A stretch of DNA of 63,543 nt, filler included, from Chiloscyllium plagiosum (GCF_004010195.1; 3 parts of one record of this genome joined end to end with filler, not necessarily neighbours in it); one strand, 5' to 3'; shown: positions 27,420-39,868, counted from the whole stretch's first letter. Made by a program: numbers and translations. The notes: generated by a model from the sequence alone, not told the origin.

Positions 27420-28040
27420 GGGTGTTTTGAGATGCTAGGCATATCTCAAGTCTTTAAAAGGACTAGCTGTGTAGGAAACTGCCAACGGCGGTATTAGCGC
27501 TCGGCCTGCTGACCTCAGGGCAGCGATAACAACTGGCAGCCGTCGATGCAGAGGCCGCCGCCGCCACCACACACAGAGGAATAAACAATGTGAAAGCTGC
27601 CGCTTTAGGATCACTGACCTCCCCTCCCCCCATGTAGAGGGAAAGAAAATAGGGCTTTTGCTTTTCAAGGATTTCTTTTCAATGACGCCAAGCAGTGACC
27701 TACCTCAGCGACACACTCATTGCTGCAGGAATAAACCCCCAACGCCACCCGCAGGGAAAAGGGACCAGGGACGCACCAGCACTTAAAAACCCACCTCCCG
27801 ACTTTCCTCAATGCCCATTGGCCAGAACCGATCACCATCGCCACTGCTTATGATAGGACGACCTGTCAATTTCATCTTCCTATTGGCTGGGAGTGCTGCC
27901 AATTATGTGAGGTTCACCAACCGTTACTGAAAGCTCGCGGAGAACGGTTACAAATCAGAGGCGGTCGCGAGGCCGGGGGTGGGGTTAAATTAGTGGCATA
28001 GTGACGTTTTGTGGGTGGGCGAGGACCATTCCAGACACTA
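27420..28040 (-). promoter_or_regulatory. CETN3: CETN3 CpG-rich promoter and first-exon region
   Basis: Local CpG enrichment. CCAAT boxes at 27817-27821 and 27882-27886 (minus) and 27899-27903 (plus). G-rich boxes near 27975-28020, TGACGT near 28003, MYB-like TAACGG at 27921-27926 (minus). Confidence 0.8.
27704..27720 (-). CDS. CETN3: Centrin-3 coding exon 1 (17 coding nt, MSVSL+R)
   Basis: gcaATGAGTGTGTCGCTGAG|gtaggt. Phase-2 donor matches the exon 2 acceptor, giving [13 protein letters not shown] (human MSLALRSELVVDK). Lies in the only non-repeat CpG-rich zone. Confidence 0.93.
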
Positions 28041-28259
28041 CTGATGGCTCTCTCCACGGGATATCAAATACTTTGCAAAAACCGGTAGTCAGAATTAAAA
28101 AGCGGAGTTGCTAGTATCAGCATGCATCAGTTCACCGAATGCAACTCGAGGGTCAACACTGAGGAGCATAAGCAGGTAAAGGCATCAGTATTTGCTGTAG
28201 AGAAAGATATGGAAGATAGGGAACTCGGGAAATAAAATAAAGATGTATTGAAGCGTTAT

Positions 28260-28860
28260 TGTGATAGCCACAGTGTTTCAAATCCTATCTAGCAAAAGAA
28301 CTGTGAGTCAACTCTTAATAATACTAAAACAATAATATTTATTCATTTAACAATACTATTCACACAATATACTATAAAGTAACAATTTACTCTACCAATT
28401 TATCTGTGCTTTAACCTAACTCTGGATGATCATATACCACCACACAACAACTTGACCCTGTTCCATGTGATGATGTCTGGTTGCCTTCTGATGATTTCAA
28501 GATTGTCTTGGTTATTCATGAGGTACCACACCAGGTGTGGTTTTGCAGTGATTCATCTCTTTTAGAAGTGTCTTGAGTAAGTTACAATGGATTAATAAAG
28601 TTTGGTCACCCTGATTGGTTGAACCCAACCAAGTGTTGACATGTTGATGGAAGGTTGGTTCTTAAGTGTCCATTAGTGGAGGTGCTGGATACACATAGCC
28701 TCCTCCAAATAGGGATGCGAGGCACCTCTATGTCTGGTGCACATCTTGATGTTTCCGATTATCCGAGGGATGACATTCTGTTGTCCCATTCAAACACAAA
28801 TTCTTGTGTGTATTATAGGGTCTACAGCTACGAGGTTTATTTGTAAACTGTCTCCTGGTG
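28260..28860 (-). mobile_element. Probable LTR fragment, interrupted by a PLE
   Basis: Minus strand shows CCAAT (about 28615), a TATA-like segment, AATAAA (about 28340) and ends in ...CTATCACA at 28260. The other terminus was not identified. Confidence 0.45.
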
Positions 28861-28861
28861 G

Positions 28862-29628
28862 CATAAACCAAATCATCCGCCGACATTTCCGCCACCTCCA
28901 AACAGATCCCACCACCAGGGATATATTTTTCTCCCCACCCCTCTCCTCCTTCCGCAAAGACCGTTCCCTCCGTGACTACCTGGTCAGGTCCACGCCCCCC
29001 TGTGACCCACCCTCCCATCCTGGCACTTTCCCCTGCCACCGCAGGAACTGTAAAACCTGTGCCCACACCTCCTCCCTCACCTCCATCCAAGGCCCTAAAG
29101 GAGCCTTCCACATCCATCAAAGTTTTACCTGCACATCCACCAATATCATTTATTGTATCCGTTGCTCCCGATGCGGTCTCCTCTACATTGGGGAGACGTG
29201 GCGCCTCCTAGCAGAGCGCTTTAGGGAACATCTCCGAGACACCCGAACCAATCAACATTTCAACTCCCCCTCCCACTCTGCCGAGGACATGNNNNNNNNN
29301 NNNNNNNNNNNNNNNNNNNNNNNNNNNNNNNNNNNTTAATTAATTAANNNNNNNNNNNNNNNNNNNNNNNNNNNNNNNNNNNNNNNNNNNNTTTTCTACC
29401 TATCCACTCCACCCTCTCCTCCCTGACCTATCACCTTCATCTCCTCCCCACTCACCTATTGTACTCTATGCTACTTTCTCCCCACCCCCACCCTCCTCTA
29501 GCTTATCTCTCCACGCTTCAGGCTCTCTGCCTTTATTCCTGATGAAGGGCTTTTGCCCGAAACGTCGATTTTGCTGCTCGTCGGATGCTGCCTGAATTTC
29601 TGTGCTCTTCTAGCACCACTGATCCAGT
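28862..29628 (+). mobile_element. Neptune-like PLE 3' part (GIY-YIG endonuclease plus pLTR), spanning an assembly gap
   Basis: 'GTFPCHRRNCKTCAH...FTCTSTNIIYCIRCSRCGLLYIGETWRLLAERFREHL', then a pLTR with HHR CTGATGA-A-GGGC-TTTT-GCCC-GAAAC-GTC at 29539-29566. Confidence 0.9.
29292..29391. other. Assembly gap (44 N, TTAATTAATTAA spacer, 44 N)
   Basis: Directly visible. The identical 100-bp layout recurs at 46823-46922. Confidence 0.95.
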
Positions 29629-29649
29629 ATCTTGGTGATGAGCCTAGTG

Positions 29650-29770
29650 GTAAACCCAGTAATGAGAAAAACTAAGATGTGCAGATTCAACTGAAATTCC
29701 GGACCTTCCTAATCAGTATGGTGCAACTACTAAGCAGTTCAACCTTCTGAGTCACCAGGGAACTCCCAGG
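29650..29770 (-). mobile_element. Ancient SINE head (DeuSINE/SacSINE-like), decayed
   Basis: Minus strand gggagttccctggtgactcag...catactgattaggaaggtcc resembles a shark DeuSINE 5' region as I recall it. Confidence 0.4.
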
Positions 29771-31021
29771 CATTCTGACATGGAGACCCGGCACAGTGAC
29801 TGGAAATCATGTGTCAGGAATGTTTGTGAGTAGGTGTGCTGCATCACCGTTGCCCCAGTTAGTAACTGTCAGCTCTGTTCGGAGCAGACAGCGTGAGGCG
29901 TGGTAGATTTCCCTGAAGAGAGAGGGAACTATGTGCTTTCACAATCATACAACAATGAAGTTATATTATAGCTCATACAATCAGCTATCTTATATGCCCA
30001 CCCTCACAGCCGAAACATAAATAATCCCAAAAAGTAAACGAAATAGTATTGAGTTTTAAGAAAGGATTACAACACCCGCACTGACTCTTTGTGTTTGCTA
30101 ATTTTCTTGAGGGAGTTTTGCTGACTTAATAATGATTCATATCCGTGTTTGTGTAACAAGGCCTTAGAGTCACTTCCTGTACATATTCAGAGTTTATGTA
30201 TATTCAACAGGCACAGTCACCTAACTGGGTTCACTTAATCTGCTGGATGAGTTTTTGATCTCCCTGGATCTCAGAAAGATTGTAAAAATAAATAGATTTA
30301 ATGTTCAGGTGTGAACCATCACCACAATTCCTGCTTTTCAATGCTCAGCAGTAGAGTTCTACATATTATTTAATCTGCAAACTTCTCCTAATGTGGCTAA
30401 TACCACAAATTACATTCATCATACACCACACTTAGGAACTAATAGAAAGTCTAAGCTTCCGGTGCCTAAATGTCTATTGTTTGTGTATATGTATCACATA
30501 TGTGGTTACAATTCAACAAGTCTCCTCTTTCAAAGTAAAATATAGCATCGATTATTCGTATTTATACAAATAAGATCGTATGGTTTAAAAACATGAGAAA
30601 TCATAGAAAAAAGACCATAATTCATTAAGTCCAATATTCCACACACTATGTATAATCCACTACTGGTCCAATGATTTTATCTAATGAGAAAAGGAACTGC
30701 AAATAGTCTCCTCATTCTTCAAATTAAGAAAAGTTACAACGTTACATCATACATTTTGAAATCCATTTTGTGTTGCTTTTCTTGAAATAAAATACCCAAG
30801 CAATTCAAGAGCAATCAAGTTTAACAGGGTATTTAATGATGTCTTCCTATATTTATCCCACTAACCCTCAATCATGCAAGTAAAAACCTACACATTTCAC
30901 TTACCTTAAATCTTTAATCAATGCCCCACTTTAGCCAGAACCTCCAGGGAAAGTCTATGCTTGCTGGTTTGACCTACTTTATTATAGAAACAGATTTTAA
31001 ATTCACATCTGAAAGAAAGAA

Positions 31022-31100
31022 TGACTCGCATTTATTTAGTGCCTTTCATAACCTCAGGTCATTGCAAAGAGCTTTAGAGCAATTTGATGTATTGTCAAAG
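31022..31100 (-). mobile_element. Ancient DeuSINE-like 3' fragment
   Basis: gcatttatttagtgcctttcataacctcagg...caaagagcttta, homologous to 41670-41805. Confidence 0.5.
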
Positions 31101-32096
31101 AAAAGAGTAGATTCAGCAATAAACTATTCATTGTAGAAATTCATAAAATACAATTCAAGAAACCACAGTCCAAATTAAGAATTGGAAAGTCATGGCTGTT
31201 CTTTGTTAAATACTGCTTCCTGGTGTGAGCATCTGATCACAGTTCAGCCCTGATTATATCATAATAATGGATCAGACTTTCAAAAATTCCCCAAAGATCC
31301 TCAGATAGCAACTTGCAAACCCATGACCACTTCCACTTTGAAGGACAAGGGCAGCAGATAAATTGGAACACCACCACTTTCAAGTTCCCTTCCAAGCCAC
31401 TCACCATCCTGATTGGAAATATATCACCATTCCTTCACTGTCACTGGGTTGAAATCCTGGAATTCCCTCTCTAATGGCAATGTGAATCAAACCTCAGCAG
31501 GCAGACAGCAACAGTTCACTATCTTCTCAAAGGCAACTAGGGACAGGCAATAAATGCTGACCAGCCAGCAACCCCCATATCCCACAAATGAATACTTTTT
31601 TTAAAAAAAACTGACAATGCAACATGCACTCCTCACTATTATTAATGTAAAACTGCTTCAGCAAATTTAGGTGAGGGACAAACTGAAATATCTAGCACTA
31701 AAAGTTAACTATCAGAAGTGTGAAGTTTTGTTTGGTCATTCTTTCATTGTTATTAAATTTCAAATATTTACATTTTTCTTTAAGTTTTCTTTCTGTTTTT
31801 CTCATTGTCTTCATCTAATCTGGCCCTGTACTATCTCTTTTCGTGTGTCTGGCTTGATATCTAACTCACATTTCTTCTGCAACTCTGATGATTTTTATTT
31901 CAAAATCTTTGGGGCACATGGGTAGAGAGACTTAGGAATGTAAGTACTGAGATCAGTGAAGATGGTGTCGTAGATTGGGGTGAAAAAAAGAAAGAACTGA
32001 GCATGCTGGAAATCTGAAACAAAAACAGAAACAGAAATTGCTGGAAAATCTCAGCAGGTCTGGCAGGCTTTATAAATAGAAGATTATAAAAATAGG

Positions 32097-33180
32097 GAGT
32101 TAAAAATCACATAACACCAGGTTATAGTTCAACAAGTTTATTTGGAAGCACTAGCTTTCGGAGTGCTGCTCCTTCATCAGGTAGTTGTGGAGTACAAGAT
32201 CATAATCACAGAATGTGTAGCCAAAGGAGTACAGTGTCACAGAGATGTGATACATTAAGCAATTTTAGGTTAAATCTTCATCTTTTAAAATTGGATATGC
32301 TGGTTTCTGTTCTTTGATATGTAAATCACAGAACTTCTTTTAAATTACATTTTCAAGATAGTTCAGCTTTTTTAACAATAGGTGTGATCTGCCTGTTTCT
32401 CAATGTTTAGTCAGACTGACGAGCCCTCTGCATAGTTTTACAGAGTTTTACATGGATTTGTGCAGTTTTGAGCAAAATAAAATCCAATTCTGAAAAAAAC
32501 AAATTCACCCCATAAACTTGTATGTGTGCACATGTGGGTGTGAGTGCACATGATAGAGTATGCGTTTATATGTGTGTGTGTAAGCTTTGTTAAGTGTTTG
32601 TGTGAGTGTGATGGGGTATGTGTCTGTGAGAGGGTGCATGTGTCAGTGTGAGTCAGGGTGTGTATAAGAGAAAGAGCTTGTGTATGAGAGACGGTCTTCA
32701 TGGGTTTGTGAGTATATAGGAGTGTGAGCGTGTGTGTGTATTGTGCAGTGATGTCACCTGTAATGCGACATGAATGGCCCTGGTTGAGGCCATTCCCATG
32801 GTTACCGAACTTTGCTATCAGAAGCTGTTCATTCTGACTAAACATTGAGGCACAGACAGACTTCACACCTTTTGTTAGAAAAGCTGAATTATCTTGAGAA
32901 TGTAATTTAAAAGAAATTCTGGGATTTACATATCAAAGAACAGAAACTAGCATATCCAATTTTGAAAGATGAAAGATTTAATCTAAAATTGTTTAATGTA
33001 TTCCATCTCCATGACACCTTTGGCTATAAATTCTGTGATTGAGATCTTACACTCCACAACTACCTGATGAAGGAGCAGCACTCTGAAAGCTAGTGCTTCC
33101 AAATAAATCTGTTGGACTATAACCTGGTGTTGTGTGAATTTTAGCTTTGTCCACCCGAGTCCAACACTGGCACCTTCCAG
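32097..33180. mobile_element. PLE family B with inverted pseudo-LTR arms around a GT-rich core
   Basis: About 32097-32390 is the reverse complement of about 32860-33145. HHR motifs at 32152-32180 (minus) and 33064-33092 (plus): CTGATGA-A-GGAGC...GAAAGCTA. Degenerate (GT)n at about 32520-32745. Confidence 0.8.
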
Positions 33181-33729
33181 CTGAAAATAAGGAGGGTATT
33201 GTGAACATTTACAAAACACCGTTTTGGCATCAAGTGAAATATTGAGTCCTGTTTGGGCACCACAGTTTAGGAAGGATGTTAAAAAGAGAGAAAGTTGTAA
33301 AAAGGATGTATGCAAATGGTTCTAGATATGAATGACTTTCGCTTCATTGATAGATCAGTGAAGCTATGGTTCTTCTTCTAGAGGAGAAGATAGAGAGTAG
33401 ATTGGATACACCATCTGCAATGTCATTGAGACTGATGAGTTAAAAGTGCATTATCATGTCATATTTCAGCTTCTTTCTTTAGCCCCTGTCCCTATTTCTT
33501 TCCCACGATGCTGCAGGAATGTCCTCTTTATCTGTGAAGTGAGGTCAGATTCAGTTTGTCAGTTTAATCTCTGAGCTCCCATTTTTTTAACATTACATAA
33601 ACAGGAAAATATAACAACTCATGTTGGACATTTGCTTCATATTGCTTAAGAGCTTTGCCTAACAATAATCTATTGCTATCAGTTTTGAATTTTTCAATTC
33701 ATGTCGTCTCAATAGCTTTTAGAAAGTGA

Positions 33730-34010
33730 TCGTTTCAGATTTACACTGCCCTTTGTGTAATAAGTAAATAGCTCACATAAATCAATGGTTTCTATGAAAT
33801 ACATGAAGAAAGGGGAAAGCTTGTCCATGGGTCTTTGCCATGTCACTGCTCTGAGAGTCTGAAAACAAAGTCCTGTTTCGATATAAAGGTCCTCTTCCAT
33901 ACAATGGGCTCCATCGCGAATTGTGAGGTTTCCCTGACGCCAGATGTGAAAGGAATGATTTATGCATCTGATGTACAATGTCAGTGAAAGAAGGCATTGA
34001 CAATATTTCT
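33730..34010. promoter_or_regulatory. Candidate enhancer or conserved non-coding element
   Basis: Non-repeat block with clustered SOX-like motifs (CTTTGT, ACAAAG, two ACAATG), E-boxes (CAGATG, CATCTG) and a PBX/HOX-like TGATTTAT. Confidence 0.35.
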
Positions 34011-34678
34011 ATGTATTCAATGTGTTCAACAGATTCCATTTCATTACAATAATTAGAAAACTCAGTATCTACAAAGTGAATACAATATCAGGATTGCTCT
34101 TCAGAAGGATGTATGATGCTAATTTGTACCAGCGACTGATACACCAGGAATACACATTATCACAACAATGCTCGACAGTCATGAGAGCTTATGTGGAATC
34201 TCCAGCAACTTGCTCTATGGAATGTGAATTTTCTGAACACCCAACAAAAATAAAAGCAATAATAATGGCATCATATTTAAGAAACAAGTTTGCAGTACAA
34301 CTGCCTGGATTAATATGTGACTAATATGAAAATAACATATATAAACTAAGTAATCAGGATAGAAATATACAAAACTAAAACAAAGAACTGTAGATGCTGA
34401 AGATCTGGTTTTGATTATTTATCTTCAGCATAGATATCACTTTTTCTTAGTTGCTAACAGTTCAGAGGAAGATTTACTGGGTTTGAAACATTAACTCTGC
34501 TTTCTTCCTACAGATGCCGTCAGACTTGTTGAGCTTCTAGTTAAAAGTATACAAACAAGTAATAAAAAATAGGCAAGCAAATTTAGCAGCTGACAGGGAA
34601 CTGGAGGACTGGATATTAAAAGAAGTGTAAAGTTAAACCCAAGTTATAATTACAAACTATTTGCACATTTCTATGATA

Positions 34679-34870
34679 ACAGGGGTTCCCGATCTAAAAA
34701 TGATCAACTTATGAATGCAATCCCACATAATGCTGCAATTTTAAAGACCCAACAAATGAACATTTGGTGTACATATGAATGGCTGCTTTATGTTGTCCTG
34801 CATTGTGTTTTGTGTTATGTATAAATTATTTTGCAAACAACTCAGAAATGGAACCTGTTTGCAATCTGTC
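34679..34870. mobile_element. Possible decayed Tc1/pogo-type MITE
   Basis: Begins caggggttcccga and ends with a ggaacctgtttgcaa-like terminus, reminiscent of Tigger-like ends. Very diverged. Confidence 0.3.
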
Positions 34871-35858
34871 ATAAATGTTTAAATGTCATAATTTATAATC
34901 TTTAGTAACAATTTTTATAAATATAATGAAAACTCTTTACTCTTGCTTTGGCCCCAGTCTGTCGGTCAGACAAGCTGATGTCCTGATTTACCGATTTGCA
35001 GGCTAAATCTGGGGGCAGACGTGTAAAGTGGCAGCTGACTCTGCCCTCACCAAGGAGAATGTCTGTCAAATCACAAGCCAATTAACTTGGTGAGAGCTTC
35101 TTGGCCTAACACATGGAGAGAGGCGAATAGAATTGACCCTTCTATTTTCTCACCTGCCAGGATGGCAGGTAATTGAGGCATTGGCATGTTGAGGCCATGA
35201 AATGTCTATTAATTCATCACTTAAGAGTTTTACTTGCTGGTGATTGGTTCCCTACTGAACATCCACAGCATTTAACAAGGAAGTGGCAAGAAGAGAATGA
35301 ACATCTGTCCAGAGCTAACTTGCCCAATTGTTTCCCCTTCTCAGAACCTCTCAGATCAACTCCAGGAGGGAAAAATTCCACCCTCAGTTCTAACATGTGT
35401 ACAGTGTACTTAACTGCTAAAAAGAAGAAAATTCACAAAAGCTCCACTTCAGATTCTAAAAGGACCTAGAGTGACCCTGAGAAGAATATGTCAGGGTTGT
35501 TGTCAGCCTGCTATTTTAAGAAGAGACGTGCTTGTAGTCCAGCTCCCTTTCGGAAAATAATTATATAATCCACATCATTTATATCTTTTAAAAGGTGGAT
35601 CCTTTGCCAACTATTGTTGGGCTATATGAGTCAAGAGTTATTTCGTACAAGACAGATTTCATAATATCTATCGCATAAGTGAACTATTAGACAATGAATG
35701 TGACTATGAGGGCCGTTGATGTCGCTTGGACATGTTTCAAAATACTAAACACTGATGTTGGAGAACAAAAATCCTCAGCCTGTGCTATAAATCCCCCTCA
35801 TGTCAAAACAAAATATAAACTGACAAGCAACTTATTATTACTGGATAAAATGGAGTAT

Positions 35859-37085
35859 GGAGTAACAAAAGGAGTAGCCATGGGCACCCGCATGGGCCCC
35901 AACTATGCCTGCCTCTTCGTAGGGTATGTGGAACAATCCATCTTCCGCAACTACACTGGCCCCACCCCCCACCTTTTCCTCCGCTACATTGATGACTGTA
36001 TCGGCGCGACCTCGTGCTCCCACGAGGAGGTTGAACAGTTCATCCACTACACTAACACCTTCCACCCCGACCTCAAATTCACCTGGACAGTCTCGGACCC
36101 CTCCCTCCCCTTCCTAGACCTTTCTGTTTCTATCTCAGGCGACCGAAGCAACACGGACATCTACTACAANNNNNNNNNNNNNNNNNNNNNNNNNNNNNNN
36201 NNNNNNNNNNNNNNNNNNNNNNNNNNNNNNNNNNNNNNNNNNNNNNNNNNNNNNNNNNNNNNNNNNNNNNNNNNNNNNNNNNNNNNNNNNNNNNNNNNNN
36301 NNNNNNNNNNNNNNNNNNNNNNNNNNNNNNNNNNNNNNNNNNNNNNNNNNNNNNNNNNCCACTCCCGGCACCTTCCCTTGCGCCCGCAGGAGGTGCAACA
36401 CTTGCGCCCATACCTCCCCCCTCACTTCTCTCCAAGGCCCCAAAGGAAACTTCCATATCCGCCACGGATTCCCCTGCACCTCCACCCACATCATCTACTG
36501 CATCCGCTGCAGCCGGTGTGGCCTCCTCTATATTGGGGAGACAGGCCGCCTACTTGCGGAGCGATTCAGAGAGCACCTCTGGGCCACCCGGACGAACCAA
36601 CCCAACCACCCTGTAGCACAGCATTTCATCTCCCCCTCCCACTCCACCGAGGATATGTAGGTCATTGGACTCATCCACCGCCAAACCACAACAACGCGAC
36701 GGTCGGAGGAGGAGCGTCTTATCTTCCGACTGGGAGCCCTCCAACCACAGGGGATGAACTTGGACTTCACCAGTTTCTTCATCCCCCCTCCCCCCACCTT
36801 GTCTCAGCCGAGTCCCTCCCGCCCGGCACCGCCTTCCTGTCCTGCAGTCTTCTTCTTGTCCTCTCCGCCTCCATCCTACTCCGACCTATCACCCTCACCT
36901 TGACCTCTTTCCACCTATCACATTTCCAACGCCCCTCCTCCAAGTCCCTCCTCCCTACCTTTTATCTTCTCCTGCTGAACACTCTCTGCTCATTCCTGAA
37001 GAAGGGCCTGTGCCCGAAACGTCGAATCTCCTGTTCCCTGGATGCTGCCTGACCTGCTGTGCTGTTCCAGCAATAAAGTTTCAAC
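35859..37085 (+). mobile_element. Young Neptune-like PLE, 5'-truncated (RT core, GIY-YIG, pLTR), with an internal N-gap at 36170-36358
   Basis: TKGVAMGTRMGPNYACLFVGYVEQ...LRYIDDCIG RT motifs and a GIY-YIG domain. 13-bp TSD taaaatggagtat at 35846-35858 and 37086-37098. Confidence 0.93.
36992..37027 (+). ncRNA. Minimal type I hammerhead ribozyme motif (family A)
   Basis: Stem I ATTC/GAAT, core CTGAAGA (36996-37002), extra A, stem II GGGC-CTGT-GCCC, GAAAC, GTC (37021-37023). Stem III is the loopless palindrome ACGT. Confidence 0.8.
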
Positions 37086-37518
37086 TAAAATGGAGTATAT
37101 TGAATTGTTCTTAGTTTTGCTTAAATTTCTTTTAATTTCTTTTCAGGATTGGATAAAACAGCACAGCAGCATTTACTGACTATTCAAGTTCACAGACAAA
37201 CTACTGCTGGGGCTCTACAATTGATACTTCCATCATAATCCAAAAACAATGAGGAAAATGTAGCCGATGTCCAAGTCAGCATCATGTATTATTTGTTAAG
37301 GTGTTGGTGTTCTTACAACACTCCTGGTCAGATGTTGGGAATTCTGCAGCAAACAACTCACTTCTTTTGAACCCTACAAGACTGTCCACTTTCTACAAGA
37401 CAGGAGTGTGACAGAATTCTCTTCATTTGCTTGAATGAATGCAGCTCAAATAACATTCAAGAGGCTTAACTCTATCCAGAACAAAGTAGCTCATTTGATT
37501 GGTACCCTTCCTTAACCA

Positions 37519-37738
37519 AGAGTGTGGTGCTGGAAAAGTACAGCAAGTCAGGCAGCATCTAAGGAGCAGGAGAATCGACGTTCGGGCATAAACCCTTCAT
37601 TAAGAAGGATTCCTGATGAAGGGCTTGTGCCTGAAATGTTGACTCTCCTGCTCCTTGGATGCTGCCTGACCTGCTATGCTTTTCCAGCCACACACTCTTG
37701 ACTCTGATCTCCAGTGTCTGCAATCCTCACTTACCTCT
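37519..37738. mobile_element. PLE pLTR fold-back (inverted pair) inserted in an older LINE 3' end
   Basis: About 37520-37605 is the reverse complement of about 37610-37696. The turnaround sits just 5' of the HHR core. Confidence 0.8.
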
Positions 37739-39705
37739 TCCGTTACCATCAACATTCATTCCTTACAGTCCAATGTACAGTGGCATCAATGTGTACAAGA
37801 TGCACTGCAGCAATTTCCAATCCTGAAGGCTTTACCACTTAGGAGGATAAGGGCAGGAGATTCATGGGAACAGCATCACTTACAAGTTCTCCTCCAAACC
37901 ATGAACCATCCCGACATGAAACTATATCAATGTAGGAATATCCACACTGCACGGACTGTAAACATTGATGAAGACAGCTCAAAACCACTTGTTAAAGACA
38001 GTGAGGTATGGACAACAAATGCTGGCCCAGCCAGTGAAGCACACATCCATGAATGAATTGTCTCATTTCTGGATACTGGACCATGAAAATATTATGCAAC
38101 ATAATGCCCATAGCCAGTATCATCAATACTCCTGCAAAGTCCTTACCATGTGTGGCAGTGACACATCTCAGTGGCCTCACCCTATTAGAAGCAGTGAAAA
38201 ATCATGATCTGCATAAAGAAAGTAGGAAAATTGTTCCAAATGGTTACTCCGAGCAATATCTATTGAAAACTATTTGTACCGTTCAGACTGACAAGCTCTT
38301 CATTTTCACTTGGATTTTTGTTACAGTCACGCCTTACAATTTACAGTCTAAGGTAACCTGTGTATTGTGCAAACATAAAACAAAAAATCTGGGGTTATAC
38401 AACCACTGGCCTTTTTGTTATTTATTTAAATGTGCCCGCTCTGAATTCTGTGGCCAAAAAGACCAAAGGGCAAAATAGAGCTTAAGGATAATTGCCCTTG
38501 TAAGTAAAAGTATCCAAAATAGCTCTAAACTTCTGACAAGATAAAGTTACTTTACCCAATTTCACATACTACAGAGATTACATTGGAAACAGTGTCTCAA
38601 TTATCCCCTGTAAGGTGAATATATCTTGGCACCCAATTGTGATTGACAGCATTATAGAGAGTTCATGAAGCAAACTAAGGTAAAGATCACTGACTGATCA
38701 TCCTCATTTTCCCTTCAAACATTCTTGTTAGTGAAATTTAGATGATATAATCCGCTTTAATTTTTAGTTACACTGAGATCTAATGCTCTAACTTGGCATA
38801 TAAAAAAACACAAAAGCGGATTAATTATTAATGATTATATTCAATATCCTCACTTTATGCAGAACTGCTGCAAGATATTCCACAGAAAAGCAGTACAATT
38901 ACCGTTAATGCCTTACTTGCAGGTTTCAATAAGTGTATACCAGTTGTAATATCTAACATTAAATTTGGCCACTGAATGACAAATATGTTGAAACTATGGC
39001 AATTAATGGACTTAAGTTCCTAGTGACAAGATAGCTGTCTTATATAATTGTCTTAGCTACACTAATGACATGCAGTGGAAAATTGCAACAATACCCATTC
39101 TTGCAATTTTCATAAAAATTTATGCCTTTGGTTGTATCAACAATCAAATTACGATTCAATCTGACTGCGTTATCTCTAAAAAAACTCCAATGCTTATCAT
39201 AGTTTCATGTATTGCAATATCTTGTTGTTCTGAGGATCAGTAGACTATACTGTTCTGAGTAGGGTATAATTTTTGTATGACTGGGTGATAGGGGCTGCAT
39301 ATAATGGCAGCTTTAACTCCTTCTTAATCTTGAATACATGGATAGGCCTAAACACATGTGATCATATTCTCATGTACTTGTGTTAACATGGTTATTTTTA
39401 AAGCTTTGCCGGGAATTTATCTATCATTGTTAAAAGAAGTGTAGCCTTACAAATATAACAGAATCTGTTCAATTGAGAATTCATGCTTATGGGCTAATTT
39501 TAAAAACAGCAAAAGAAACTCAGGAAACAGATATGACAATGGAAGACATGCAAATCAACATGATTTTATTTTACTATCAGGAAAAGGAAGTTCAAAATGA
39601 CAATACCAGACAGAACTGAAGAATAATGAAATAAATTGCTGTGACTCTTCGTTGACCTAGCATTCCTAGTGCAACTTGGAAAACTGCAACAAGCAACTAC
39701 ACTTG

Positions 39706-39868
39706 ATAAATTACATAACACCAGTTTATAGTCCAACAGGTTTACTTGGAAGCACTAGCTTTTGGAGCGCTGCTCCTTCATCACCCACCAAATAAACCTG
39801 TTGGACTGTAAACTGATGTTGCGTCATTTTTAACTTTGTCCATCCCAGTCCAACACTGGCACCTCAAA
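39706..39868. mobile_element. PLE family B mini fold-back
   Basis: An inverted arm ending at ccttcatca (about 39783) is fused to the forward arm ccaaataaacctgttggact. Confidence 0.7.

Noticed and set aside
29336..29347. TTAATTAATTAA palindrome inside an N run (also 46867-46878)
   Set aside because: The identical 44 N + 12 nt + 44 N layout occurs twice and has stops in all frames, so it is an artificial gap spacer.
32438..32866. 142-aa His/Thr-rich ORF
   Set aside because: It is a translation of a degenerate (CA)n/(GT)n tract inside a PLE.
33709..34324. Short ORFs in unique sequence, considered as MBLAC2 or another neighbouring gene
   Set aside because: No metallo-beta-lactamase or other recognisable motif and no convincing exon structure.
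35694..37052. 452-aa ORF, the longest in the track
   Set aside because: It is a chimera of flanking DNA, PLE RT, an N-gap and an out-of-frame GIY-YIG/pLTR read-through, not a real protein.
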